Notes under the pieces: generated by a model
The model's database searches: none
The model's input: the letters and a program-made list of their open reading frames with translations, nothing else
Told to the model about the DNA's origin: nothing
Source: the human T2T-CHM13v2.0 reference genome, Homo sapiens
Assembly (NCBI RefSeq): GCF_009914755.1
Contig: NC_060934.1
DNA: 64,000 nt
Reading direction: 5' to 3' (one strand)
Position numbers and translations under genes: made by a program
Part shown: positions 30,086 through 44,160 of the stretch, piece by piece
How the letters are laid out: every line of letters begins with the position of its first letter
Numbering within the stretch: the first letter of the stretch is position 1

Positions 30086-30165
30086 ATAGATTGGTGCAAA
30101 AGTAATTGAGGTTTTTGCCATCACCTTCAATGGCAAAACCTGCAATTACTTTTGCACCCAAGTAA
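30086..30165. mobile_element. MADE1 (Hsmar1-derived MITE), 80-bp palindrome
   Basis: 'ttggtgcaaaagtaattgaggtttttgccat...atggcaaaacctgcaattacttttgcaccca', followed by TA. Confidence 0.95.
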
Positions 30166-30179
30166 TATTTTATTATAAA

Positions 30180-30290
30180 CCACAGCACATAGTGCATTCT
30201 CAACAAATGTTGCTGTTGGGATGCAGGAATGGATGGATGAATAGATGAATGGGTGGCTGGCTGGCTGAATGGATTGGTGGATGGATGGGT
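30180..30290 (+). repeat. L2 3' tail decaying into (GGAT/GGCT)n
   Basis: 'gcacatagtgcattctcaacaaatgttg' followed by ggatggatgaatagatgaatgg... Confidence 0.65.
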
Positions 30291-32394
30291 AGTTGTTCAG
30301 GATTCTCATTGGTATGGGATTTGTGCTGTTAGTCTGTGTGTCCTGCAGACTAACGGCACAAAGAAAGATAGAAGGTCTTGCTACCTGCTCTCAGACTGGT
30401 ATAACTCACATTATTTGGCAATACAGAGACTCTCAGTCTTAGTTTTTATTGGGAGTGTAAATTTTGCCTCTTTGCTATGCCTTCGTAGACATTTTGGTGG
30501 AAAGTGGTGACAGACAGTGTCACAGGCTGCCAACCAGGTACCACTTTAACCACCAAGACTCTGATAATGTCTCGTTTCCTCCTCCCATCTCTACCCCTTG
30601 CTTCCTCTCAGACTCCTCCTACTCTCTGTCTCTCCAGCCATGCCTCCACTTGCAGAATATCCTTCTCTCTACCCACCGTTCATCTTTACCCTGGTCATTT
30701 CTTTAGCCACGTCCTCATGCGTATCCAGCATTTCTATCCTGCTGTGTCAAATATAAGACACATTCTTTAACTTTAGAGGGAATTTATATTTTCTCGTCTG
30801 TAGTTTTCTGGAAATAGTGGGGAGGTTGTAGGCTGTGATCAATTTGGGAGCCATTTAATGGCAGTAAAATGGGCAAAGCAATATATCGAGAATTCTTCAA
30901 ATTGATATTTATCTATTTTCATCCAGCCTTAGGTATTTTAATACAGATACAACTTTTACTACCAGCAAACTATAGTTAGTAATTGATTTTTTGCTTCCTA
31001 TTTCAAAAGCTACAGATAAAAGGACATTAATTTTTAAGAGGCCACTCAATCAGAAAATGCATTCTTCACTTAGAGTGGTCAAAAGAGCAGTGGAGTGGAA
31101 CTCAGGAAACCAGAGGACTAGCTCTGACTCTGCCACTTACATTGTTTGAAGCAAGGTATTTCTGTTAGGGACCTCCATGGGCCTTCACTCTAACCAACTT
31201 TTCTGTCACCTTCATGTACTAAGAGTCTCTGATCCCGTGAGGATGACGTCTACTTGCCCATCACTGCTCCTACCTGAAACCCAAATGTGCCGAAGTTTGG
31301 ATCCCAGCACAGGCTCAGCATCATCATGGATGATCAGCTCATAGTCCTAGAACTGGCTGTGGAGACTTTTCTGAATATGAACATTGTTTTTAAATCAGTG
31401 TTAGTAAACATGGACTCAATATTTACTTGAAAAGAATTATTTCAGTTACAGATTGATGTAGTTCATTTTAACCACCTTGTGTATGAAGGATGAAAAATGA
31501 GTGATCTAGTTTTGAAGTAACTACAAAAATTGTGTTTGTATCAACTGTCCTGTTTATTTTTGCTTGTCATAATGAGAGGACATCATTATTAAATCTAAAT
31601 TATCTCCACCACAGTGTCACTAAATATGATCAGTCAACTATCTCTGCTTCCTTTACTTGAGATCTGTTGAACTAAGGTCAAACTGAGCTCAAGCTTCTCA
31701 TCCAGATTATGGCAATACACACCTTTCCCCACCAATTGTTCTTTAAAGCATTGTGAGTTGGCTTAGCAATGTCTTCTTCCATCTAAAGGTGGGTCACAGC
31801 ACTGGCAAATGTATAATGTTGGACTATTGCTGGGAGCCACATACCGCATTAGATTTTTTTTTTTTTTTTGGTACGCTAACAGCTCCTCATTTTTTGGCAA
31901 TGTATGACAGGCAGAACTGTAATAGTTATCCTCATAAGCAATGTGCAAGTTAGATAATTGCAATACTAAACACAATGAATATTCAGTTTGTTTAGGGGCA
32001 CTGCAGTGAAAAAAAGAAATGCATGTAGTTGTGATCTACCTGTCTCACCAAAACTCACATTTAGTCTTTCCTAAAAATACCTGAACTTCATTAACATCAA
32101 CTTCACCAGTACTCTTTCAGATGACTGCATATTGAATTAGGCTGAAGGGAAGGGGAACAGTAGCCCATGGGGTCATATCAGACTTGTAATTCTGCTCTTT
32201 CCAAAAGACTTACAGTGACAGCCAACCACATTCCAAGAACTGCACTGGTCACCAGAGATGCAGGAGGAATGGGCCATCATTTCTGTGCCCAAGGAGCTCA
32301 CACAGACTGTAATTACCTCTGGGAATCTCAAAGACCAAAGCAATGTGAAATTTTGTCCACATTGTTCTCAATAGTGACTGAGCTATTCTATATT

Positions 32395-32690
32395 TGTTCC
32401 CTGATCTGTTTTAAGAATGAAAATATAGAGAAATTAGAGTTCAGGTGAGAGGAGTTAAAGTGATTAAGAGGATGGTGAACTCTTCTAACAAGAAACTAAT
32501 AGCGTGTAGCTTAGTTCAACAGTGGTAAGTGGAGCTCATGATAATGATATATAAATGTTTGAAAAATATAAACAAGAAGGGGCAACATTGTTTAGTATGA
32601 TTCAATTACAAGTGATTAATAGCAATGCAAAGTAATTATGAAAGGGAAATTAAAAATGGACATAAGGAAAAAAAGTTTTCTTTTGGTCTT
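32395..32690 (+). mobile_element. L3/CR1 LINE fragment
   Basis: 'atatagagaaattagagttcagg...tgattaagaggatgg...catgataatgatatataaatgtttgaa...cataaggaaaaaaagttttc' resembles the CR1 ORF2 3' region. Confidence 0.55.
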
Positions 32691-33029
32691 GTTTCCTAAA
32701 AGAAAATATAGGGCTACATTATAGGAAAGCATTTGCAACTACACAAGAAAATATGAAACAAGCAAGCTAAGAGCAAGTAATTTACCAATGGTAGACTAAT
32801 TATTTTATTAATTCATTATTAATAAAATTTATTAATTCATTTATCAAATGTTTTTATTCATTCATTTATCAAATTAATTATTCATCAAATGTTTTAGGTT
32901 ACTCACCTATTTAACATTTTCTTTGCTCCCATGTATTCATGTATTTCATTTGATTATTTTTTTTTTTAACATTTCAGTGTTCCAAAAATTGGGAGACATA
33001 GGCAGTAATATATTTTTTAGGAAAATACT

Positions 33030-33460
33030 GGTGGTTGTAATAAATAATCTGATATTTCAGTAGTCCAACACATTAAAAGTTTGGTTCTCATTCATATAAA
33101 GTCCAAATCAAGTGTTTATTAAAGGCAGAAGGATGAGGGTTGGATTGTGGGAGTCGATGGTTGGAGGGGCCCAGATCCATGTAATCATTCAGAGATCCGG
33201 GCTGAGGAAGATCCATAAATTCACTATGATCTCCACAGCCAGCTGGAAGATAAGAGCAGAAAGAGACTGAGGAAGAAGTAACTCCTCCTTACACACTCGG
33301 TTCCAGAAGACACTCAGATCAGTTTCACCTATATTCCATTGTTGAGAATTCATGGAATGACATTGCTTGGATGCACTGGGCATTGGGAAATGTGGCTTCT
33401 TTCCTAGCATCATCTCTACAACTTTCAGGAGAGCATGAGTTTTTAATGGACAAACAGGTG
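33030..33460 (-). mobile_element. ERVL/MaLR-type solo LTR (LTR33-like)
   Basis: 'tttcagtagtccaacacattaaaagtttggttctc...tcattcagagatccgggct...tgggaaatgtggc...gagcatgagtttttaatggaca'. Confidence 0.55.
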
Positions 33461-34588
33461 AATAAAACACACTCAAATTCCTGGCCTCTTGGAAAATACA
33501 TTTTAGTTGGAGGAAACTGATAGTAATACTATAAAATCATAAGTGAAATAAACATTTTTTTTGTAAGGACATAAACATTGTGATGGTATGTAAAGCCTGG
33601 AAGAAGTGCAGGGAGTGTTGGGTGTGCAATTTTAAATGGATAGTTTGGAAGGAGCTCAGTGGAAAAGAGGTATTTGAGCAATTATTTGAATGAGGTGAGA
33701 ATGTAAATCATGTGGAATGTAACGGGAAATTATTTAAAGCTGCAGCGCAGCAAATGGAAAGCTCATGGGGTGGAATCATGTCTGATATCTTTAGGGAACA
33801 GCTGGTGGCTAACCTATTAGGAGCAAAGTAAGCAAAGGTTAGAGAATGGTAGGATATGAGGTCGGAGAAGTAATAGGGTTCTAAACATACAGAGGCCTTA
33901 AGAGTGACAGTGAGAATTTTGGCTCTTACTCTGAGGTACAGGGGAAGTCATTAGAGGGTATTGTACAGAGGAGTGAAGTGATTTGATTTATGTTTTAAAA
34001 GGATTACTCTAGTTGTTGTTCTGAAAATAGACTGTGGTGCAGTAAGGCAGAAGGAGGGAGACCATTAGAAAGCTTTTTCAATAATTGAGGTGAGAAATGA
34101 TGACAGCTTAGACCAGAGATATTGAGAAGTGGCTGGATTCTGGGTATATTTTGAAGGTGGAAGTGACAGGATTTGCTCATGGCTTAGTGGTAAGGTGTGA
34201 TGGAGGAAAGGAGTCAAGGATGACTCGAAGACTTTGTGCATAAAAGACTAAGTGGAAGAGTAGGATTTTTATTAATTGAGATGGGGAGGACTGTACAGGA
34301 TTCTCATTTAGATGTGGGTGGAGCACATAAGGGTCTTGATTTGGAATGACTTTTAGATATTTAAGTTGAGCTGACAAGTAGGCAGTTAGATATATGAATA
34401 TGGTATTGGCATGGGGAATGGAGGAATAGATCCAAATATTGAGCTCCAAGGGACTCCAATATTTAGAGGCTGGAGAAGTGGGGAGGAACCAGCAAAGGGG
34501 AATGAAAACGAGTGACAAGAGAAAGAAAATCAGAAAAGTCTAGTATTGAGAAAGCCAAGGAAGAGAAGTGTTTGAATTAAGAAAGAAT

Positions 34589-34850
34589 GAGGCTGAGCCA
34601 GGAGGATCTCTTGAGCCCACGAGTTAGAGACCAGCCTAGGAAATACAGTGACACCCCAGATCTATAAAAAAAAAATAGCCAGGTGTGGTGGTGTGTGCCT
34701 GTAGTCCCAGCTACTAAGGAGGCTGAGGCAGGAGGATTGCTTGAACATGTGAAATATAACGGGAAGTTCAAGGTTACAGTGAGCTAGATCATACCAGCAC
34801 ACTCTAGCCTGGGTGACAGCACAAGACTCTGTCTCTCTTAAAACAAATCA
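34589..34850 (+). mobile_element. AluJ, 5'-truncated
   Basis: AluJ diagnostics 'ggaggatctcttgagccc' and 'aggttacagtgagcta'; short insertion 'atgtgaaatataac'. Confidence 0.92.
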
Positions 34851-34935
34851 AAGAAAGAAAGAAAGGAAAGAAGGGAAAAGAAGAAAGAAAAGAAAGGAAA
34901 AGAACAGAAAAGAAAAGCAAAAAGGAAGGAAAAAA
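34850..34935. repeat. GA-rich (GAAA)n-like tract derived from the Alu tail
   Basis: 'aagaaagaaagaaaggaaagaagggaaaag...'. Confidence 0.9.
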
Positions 34936-35020
34936 GAGCCACAGTCTCAGCTGCTGCTGACAGGTCAAATAAAATGAAATAGAGAGGTCATTGGTGATCT
35001 TGATGAAAAAAGAAAAAAGA

Positions 35021-35338
<318 letters not shown>

Positions 35339-36479
35339 TTAGTGTAGTGATGAGCAAAAACTGACTGGAGTGAGGTAAAGAGAAAATGGAAAAAGGCAAA
35401 TTGGTGGTAATTATTTAATTTTTTTATCTAATTGTTTCGAGGATTTTTTCTATAAAAGGAGCAAAGAGCAAAGTGATAGGGTGATAATTAGAATAGGAAG
35501 TAGACACAAGGAAGGGATTTCAAAATGGGAAAAATGACAGCACATTTGTAAAGCGATGAAAAATTTACAATGCAAGAAAGAGAAGGGGAGTTAATATGCA
35601 ACAATCTTATGTCGATGAGAAGGGCTGGAACAGGCACTCTAGTGAAGGGACTGGAGATAAAGGCAGGTTTATCTGTAATGGTTCAGATTAAGGAGTGAAA
35701 TGCATGGTAGGCTTGTGTGAGTTCCCTTTGAATTTCTCCTTTTGTTCTTAGGAAATAAGAAGCACAGGTCATTCAGAGGAGAAGATGTGAAATCATTCTT
35801 TAAGGGAATAGGATAGTGAATGGAAAACGGAAATCTTCCCAGGCAGTTTCGAAGACCACTTGAGGCTAATGGTCATGTGTGGAAAGCAAAATCATTCAAC
35901 CTTGTGCCTTTTTAAAAATTTTGTCCCATCATAGTACCTGTGTGGGAGTGTGACTATAGCATAATGGAGAATTTTGTTTAGCGAGTTAGACATTTTTTCT
36001 TGGTCAGTACAATGGCATGAGAGATGGTTAAGGAGTTTAATACTTGAGCAAGAGAATTATTAAAACAGCATGCTGGAGATTCTAAGCTTGGTCAGGTGGG
36101 TGTGATGACTTTAAAGAGTTGAATATGGTAGTAAAATGGTGAAAGGATTAGTGTATTTGAAAAAAAAAATTAGTGTTATGCTACTGAAAGGAATGCCATA
36201 GGCTCACTCTGATAGGAATCTTTGAAGCTAAAAGGATGGAGTGGTTAGTTGTTGGTAATGAGAAGATTTAGATACAATTATAGAAGTGAGGGGCTAAAGA
36301 TGATTGCAGAATAAAGCCACAGGAAATCAAAGAATGGAGAGGCTGAAGTATTGGAAGGATCGTCAAACTTGTTTAAATCTGAGAATTTTGACAGGAACAG
36401 TGTAGATGTGACACAGAGCCAGGAACTACAGTCTTACAGCTATGACATTCCATCTGGGATTTTTCAAGTATCTCATTGA

Positions 36480-37900
36480 AATTTTCTTTTTTAACAGTCT
36501 AGTTGGGGTTAGCTCTGAGTTTTTGTTTAAATAGAAATGTTTTTATTTTGACTGTAGCTTTCAAAGATGCTTTTCTGGCTAGAATTCCAGGTTAACAATT
36601 ATGTTCTCTTAGCATTTTCGAAATATTGTTCCATTGCTTTCTGACTTTTGTGTTTGCTATTGAGAAGCCAGTAGTCTAATTATTGTTTATTGTGGATGAC
36701 TTTTTTTCCCACAGCTGTTTTTTAAAACTTCTATTTATTTTTACACTGCAATTTCAGTAGGATTTATCTACGTGTAGAATTCACAACCTTCTGATTCTGA
36801 TCATTGTTATCTCTCATTAATTCTGGAAAATTCCCATGAATTTTTACTCCAAATAATCATTGTCTTTATTTTCTATTAGGATTTTGCACTTTATACTGCT
36901 TGTTGGATCTTTCCACTCTATTATCCTTTCCTTAAAATATTTCTTTCCTATTTTCCATCACCCCTTATATGTGTACTTCATTTCTTGTATTTTCTTCAGA
37001 TATTTTTTCAATGTACTAATTTTCCTTTAAGCCATATCTGATAGTCTTTTTAACGTTACATTTTTCATTTCTATAGAGTTATTTGGTTCTTTATCAAATA
37101 CGTATGTATAATTTTGTTAGTTCTTTTTTCCTAACTCCTACTCTCAATTTCTGTTATTTATTTAAACATGTTACACATGCATGATTTATAGTCTCTGTGT
37201 CATAAGTCCAATATCTGTTGTTCTTTGGTGTTTAATTCTGTGGTATGTTGGTTCTGCCTACACGTATACATGGCAGCTTATTTCCTCATTTGTATAATAA
37301 TTTTTTAAATTCTTTTGATCTTTGATCCTTTGAAATTGTTGGGGTAATTTTTAGGCTACATTTAAATTGTCTTCAGAAAGGATTTCTAGGCTACTTTCAG
37401 ATAACTAGAGGCCTTAGCAATCTATAACTACTTTAAATTATACTTTAAGTTTGGGTGGGGAGTGGACAAGGGTATGATAAATTTTGTTTCAAACATGAGG
37501 GCAAATTTTTGTTTAAGAATTATCAAGAGAGTTCTCCTTCTCCTTCACCTCCTCCTCTTCGTCCTTCTTCGTATCTACTTTAGGCCAAAGCTAGGACCTT
37601 CATTCTAAATGAGTTACCATGTATCAGGGATTCAAGATACTCACAGGGAGTCTTCAATCTGGCCTTCTACCTTAGTTCCTTATTTGCATGGCCGACTAAA
37701 ACTCAGACTCCGGGCCACCAGTGATTGGCATATAAACTGAAGAAAACTTCCCATTCTAGTGCTTGCTTACTCATGTGGATTCTCTCTTTCTTTCCTTTCT
37801 TTTTTTTTTTTTCTTTGTAAAGCCTTCTAAAGAATTCCCTTACTCTCCTGTGACTACAGTCGTGCATTAAAAACCGATTATTTGATATGTTATATTATTA
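36480..37900 (-). mobile_element. Ancient L1M/HAL1 ORF1-region fragment
   Basis: 'aaatgtttttattttg...ctggctagaattccaggtt...atattgttccattgctttctg...gctattgagaagc...tctggaaaattc'. Confidence 0.65.
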
Positions 37901-38629
37901 ATTGTGCTAAATGGGAAATAAGGGGTGTCATGTTCTGGTAACATTTACTCAAACTTTTATATATACAAGTCTCATTGGGTGCTTCATCTTTGTGTTTTCT
38001 CTTTTTTCCAGGGCTCTATGTATATTAAGGATAGCAATTCTAGGCCATACATAGCAAGTTATTTTTTTCCCTAGTTTGTTATATCTAGTTTTAACTTTGA
38101 TAAAAGTGCTGTGTTTTTCTTCTTAAGACCTTTTAAGTTTTTATATAGTCAAATATATTGATCTTTCCTTTTAAGTTCTCTGCATTTGATTCCATGCTTA
38201 GAAAATTGTCTCCGTCGATACCATAAAATTATTTTTTAATCTGATATTTCTTCTAGTTCTTCCTAGAATTAATATTTTCAACGACCCGTTTCATCTGTAG
38301 AATATAAATGACTCCTTTTATGTTGTGCAGAATGCTTTTATGTATAGGTATGCCTTCAACTTTCTATTATATTCTATCTATATAATATATATTTATAAAT
38401 ATACTTTTTCTAGAAAAAATTAGCTTAATTTAGGTCATATTGAGTAGTTCCATCACAAGTTTTTTTATTTTGATTTTTTTCCCTTCTCCTTCCTTTAGTC
38501 ATCTCACAAGTTTTTGGTGTTTTTTTCTAAGGAAACATGGAAGGTCATTCTACTTTGCCTCAGGCCTTGAGAACAAAAATGAAAAAGTTGGACACATCAA
38601 AACCCTAAATCTAGGCACTACAGACAACT

Positions 38630-39400
38630 GAAGAGGCAGTTCTTATTTAGGGTGATATATTCTTTAATAGAAGATACTCTGCTTGCCATGGGAACGTATA
38701 TAGGAGGTGCGTCTGACCTGGACAATACAATCAGGAAAAGCTTCCTGGCAGGGGTGATTTGAAGTCTGTATTTCCAGTATGTGGGGAATGGTGGAGAAGG
38801 AGCAAGAAAGTCATGCCGAGGCAACATGTGGGACGTTTCCAGTGAGACAAAGCAGAATTATTTGAAAAACTAAAACAGTAGTTCAGTTGGGGAGAGGTAT
38901 ACATTGTGATGTGCAAATGCTGCAGAATGAAGCCGGACAGGAACAAGGGCCAAGCAATGAATTGTGGATGTTTTATTGAGAGCAATGAGATGCATTGAAA
39001 GGTTTGAAACTGTGGAATAATGTGATCAAATCTGTATTTTTTGAACAACATCTAGGCTGTAGCACTTTTTATACTGGATAGAAAATGACAAAACCCTTAG
39101 AGGGATGGGCTGATTTAGAGGATATTGCTGTAATGTAGGTGGAAAGTAACTATGGCCTAGTAAATGTGGAAGGACACAGATACACTCAGTAGAGATTTCA
39201 GGGTGAATGGCCAGATTAGGTAATGACTAAGATAGCAAGGATGGGAGAAAAAGAAGAATCAAGGAGGTGACTAAGCTTTTTTCTTGAGCAACTGGTAGAT
39301 TGAGTTAACATTTTCTGAAAAACGTGATAGAAAGAAGGAGGAGCTGTTTCTAGGAGGGAAATAAATAATTTGGCAGGAGACTTTTTGAACTAGATATCTA
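38630..39400 (-). mobile_element. L2 fragment
   Basis: 'tcaggaaaagcttcctggcaggggtgatttgaag...gcaatgagatgcattgaaaggtttgaa...tgtgatcaaatctgtatttt'. Confidence 0.7.
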
Positions 39401-39744
39401 TTGAATAACAAAGTGACAATGTTCCCCATCCTCTCATTTCCATTCCCAATTTTACTTCTCGTCCCAATTCAAATCATTCTTACTTATGATCGGCGCTATG
39501 TCAGTGCCTCTCAGCTGGTCTTCCCAGACCCAGTACACCTAATCAATCCATCCTACACCAGGATGGATTCTTCGCTTTCCATACTTGTGGCTTTGTTTAT
39601 TCTGTCCCCTCCCCTGGGAGACCCTTCTGCCTACATATCTTAAAGCCTATCTACAAGGACACCTTCATGTCCTAGGTACCACCAGTGGCTTCTGATATGT
39701 TCCCTTGATGATCAGCCATAACATTGTATTTGAATATGTTGTAA

Positions 39745-39965
39745 CTTAGTATAGAAATCATGGGTACTGGACACAGGCAAAACCACCTCTGCCACTTGCA
39801 CGGCCCTGGACCCCAAGGAAATCAACTGCTCTAAACTTCTGTTTCCTCCTTTAAAAATGGGTGTAATAATAAAGACCTTGTTTGTTGTGAAGGATACAAT
39901 TAAGATTGGCACAATATCTGACTCCCCCACACAGGAATTTCATTTCATAAATGGTAATTATTACT
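39745..39965 (+). mobile_element. MIR SINE
   Basis: 'ctctgccacttgc...ttctgtttcctcctttaaaaatgggtgtaataata...ttgttgtgaaggat'. Confidence 0.75.
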
Positions 39966-40909
39966 CATATTGTCTACAAAGCCATTTCTCACAGTCTGTT
40001 GCTATAGTAGTCACTTACGTGTCTGTATCTCCTTATATGAAGGCATGAGCATTTCCTTTGTTGTCTTCACAACAATTAATAAGGACAAGCACAATGTAGG
40101 TACACAATATATGGCATGCATGAATGTTTAAATAATGAGAGTTACTAGGAGGATAGAGAATTACAGAAAAAAGACTTGCTTAAACTGAAATATTTCTTAC
40201 TGTGTGCCATAAAGTGCTGAGGGGTGCTGTCTTCTACCATGAATCCTTCCAGCCTGAACTGCAATGATTTTAAATTTTTTGACAGTTCTGTTCTCCCTAA
40301 GAGTAGTAATTTTGGTGGTTATGCATAGATCAAAGATGCAATAGGGAACGTTTTAAGTGATGTTGTAAATAATGATTTCAAGAATGTGCTTTAATTTTTA
40401 TTGAATATCATCTGATTAGCAATCTTGTTTTTGTTTTAGCCTTGTGAATATTTATTCTAGCATAAATGAGTACAGTAATTTCTAATGCAAGTATTGTCCA
40501 CCTGGGTTTCCTGATGTCTGTATGGATAATTCACCTTGTTCTTTGTTAGTGGAATTATTGGTGCCTCTCAGGTTGGAAGATGCCTGTACTGACCTACCTG
40601 TGGCCAGTAGAAGGTGGGAAGACCTGCATATTGCCTCTACTCAACCTCTTTCTCCCAGTAACTAAGAAGCCTGGACTGGGCTGGTTGGTGCGGTTCGCTC
40701 TTTCTGACTCTGGTTGTCTCATTCATGCCAGTTCGGGTGACACTTGTGAGAGGAAGGAGTTCAGTCTTTGAGGTCAGGCCTGTCTGGCTCCCAGGCCCAC
40801 CACTGCCACTTCCTATGTTTGTAATCTGGAAATAGCTCCATATGTTTTTTGAACCCAAGTTGTATTGTTTTGGTTTGGTTTCAGTGTATGTAGGTATGTG
40901 ATAATCTTT

Positions 40910-41210
<301 letters not shown>

Positions 41211-41671
41211 TAATTTTAAAACAGGTAGGGTGACCCCCATTTACTCCTTGGAGATCTAGTTGAATTTATATTGTTCTTCCAATTCTCAGGTCTGCAGAAT
41301 TTAAAACCCTCCCCAAGGTTTTTACAGAGTTTCCACCTTGGATGTTCTCCTGGTCCCCTCTACCTCCAGCTCCCGTGCTGTGGTCATTGCTGCCCTTCAA
41401 CCCATATCCGTCATAATAAGAAACTTGGGCTTTCTACCACTTTCCTTTTAAAAATCCACTTGCATGTGTTTGTAGAGTGAGCTCAGTGAATGCTGGGGTA
41501 TCATGATGGAGTCACACTGCCTTTAGGTCTTTACTTGGATTTCTGTTTTCCCCCTCTTCTCCCATTTCTGGATTAAGCCTTCTCTCCATAACTGCTCTCT
41601 TCCCTCCTTCACCTTTTTTCTGTCTGTCTCCCTCCTTTCCTTCTGTTCTCTTCTTTCTGTCAGTGTCCCTT

Positions 41672-41720
41672 TCTCTCTCTCTCTCTCTCTCACACACACA
41701 AACACACACACACACACACA
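41672..41720. repeat. Compound (CT)n(CA)n microsatellite
   Basis: Read directly from the sequence. Confidence 0.95.
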
Positions 41721-42152
41721 TACATCTCTTAAAAGGATAGTGATACTTTACCAGTTGATTTACAAAAATTTAAAAGCAATTATATATAGAAATTAGTCAG
41801 TGAGCTGCATGGTGCAAATCTATATTGGTCTTTCCTTTTCTTTGCTTTTGATGACCAAAGAATAGCTATCCAAAGATAGCTTTGGGTTGCAGCTGCTGCC
41901 AGGTATCATGCAGTCTGGACATTGGGCACAATGTGTCAGCAGAACTGGGGGTGATCCAAGCAGCCCGGGAAACAAAGCCCTGCTTGTATCTCTAGAGTGT
42001 TCTTTCCCCTGAAGAGGCCCAAGGTCCCTGAGAGCTCAGCATAGCTCATTTCTTTATTATCTGCCACAGTCTTCAGTCTCCTCTGGATGCCAGAGGGGAG
42101 CAGATTGGATTTCTGGGAGAGTCAACAAATAGAAGTTCTAAGAATTAAGGCA

Positions 42153-42458
<306 letters not shown>

Positions 42459-43471
42459 TAAGAATTAAGGGAAACCTGGCTCCCAGGCAATGGGATGGAG
42501 CAGAATATAGGGGCATGAGATGGAGAGGCTATGCTGTCTTTCTCCCTTTTGATGATGCTACTGGGGAAAAGTATCATCATCAAAATGTGGAAGGGAAACC
42601 AAAAATGAAGGGAAAGTGCTGAAGAGAAACAAAAATGTGCTGAATCCACTCTTAGGAAAATGACTGGTCTTTTTCCTTGCTGTGTATTCAGAGCATACCT
42701 ACTGCTAGAGCTACTGAATCTGTGCTTCTGGAGTGGTTTGGCCATTTGCAGCTCCCTCATTTGAGGACTAATATTGCCATTCTGCTGTTCTAAGCAGCCA
42801 TTATCTGCCGCCCACCCCACCAACTTGATACCCCATTAGTGTTAGGGTACATAACAGTACCTCAGCCAAGGACTTGAGTACCTCCAGGCAAGTCACTCAC
42901 TCAACATTGTGGTGTCTTCTTCAGTGATAGAATGGAACACCTGGGCAATCCCAGGAGTCCCCTCCACCTCAAACAATTCAGTTCTTCTGTGGTTCTACAC
43001 TTATGATTCTTTTGATGAGAGTATTCATGGCTGCTTTCTCATTTTTATGTCACTAACTATCACTGGAAATGCATTTTAGGTTTATCATCATTTTACAGTC
43101 TCAAGTTTCTGTTTTTTTTTCTTTATTTTATACCAAGACGCAAATGTGAAAAAAAAAGGAAATAGAAGTATTACAAATATCTTAGCTTATAATAGCAGAC
43201 CAAAAGTAATTGGAAGAAACATGAGATGAGAAAGTATAAACATATTTTTAACATAACTCTGCTGTTCTACTGATAAACAATTTCTGCTGCTCTATTTGTA
43301 TAGAGACAATCAATATATTTTTTAGAGGCAGGAAAAGATCTTTTTTTTTTTTTTGTCAGATGAAATGTTGCTTTCTAAGGATAGTCAATCGGTGCCCTTA
43401 ATAAACCCATCAGCCCTTGTGTCTTGGTATAGCATTATTGGTAGAGGTAATTATAGAAGCTAATATTTGGT

Positions 43472-43615
43472 AACTAAAGAAAGAAAACTAAAGAAACTAA
43501 AGAAAGAAACTAAGCTAAAGAAAGGAACTAAAGAACTAAAGAAAGGAACTAAATAGCTGAAGAAAGAACTAAAGAGCTAAAGAAAGAAAGTAAACTGGGA
43601 ACTAAAGAAAGAAAA
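43472..43615. repeat. Degenerate minisatellite of A(A/G)CTAAAG / AAAG units
   Basis: About 11 copies of 'ctaa(ag)' interspersed with 'aaag'. Confidence 0.85.
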
Positions 43616-43974
43616 ATGATGTATTCAAAGGGAGAGCAAGTCCCTCCCACCATCGTTTGATCTATCAGGTGTGATTTGCCTACTGGCTTACATCATGGAA
43701 ATTTTACTTCCATTTTTTAACAACATAGCTGGGAGAACAAAGAATCTCAAAAACGTTTTAGTTGTAGAGAGGGTTTACTGCCCTGATGAATGACTGATCT
43801 GTATTTCTGAAAGGAATCTTCTGCCTCTTATCATGATCCAGTCTTGTATTTTTTCTCATGGTGACAGTGATGTTGTACCTCATGTCAACATGAAACATAA
43901 TTTTTCCCAAACAAACTTTTAAAGATAGGGAAACAACATTGACATGTTCTGGTTTGGAATTGTATCAGTGAATT

Positions 43975-44160
43975 AAGGAATGGATTTAAGGAAAGATCAT
44001 TAGACCAAGAGTCAAAATAACTCTGTGGTCCAATCCTGCATAGCTTATAGTCCTGAGATCACAGGAAATTCACCTAAGACAGGATCATTCTAGTACCATG
44101 GAGATTTGCCTGGTCCACCTCACAGGGCTCTCATGGAGATCCATTTAAGTGAAATATACT
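43975..44160 (+). mobile_element. MIR SINE
   Basis: 'ggaaagatcattagaccaagagtcaaaa...cacctcacagggctctcatggagatcc'. Confidence 0.55.

Noticed and set aside
43472-43615. CRISPR-like or telomere-like array
   Set aside because: No unique spacers, no TTAGGG units, eukaryotic context.
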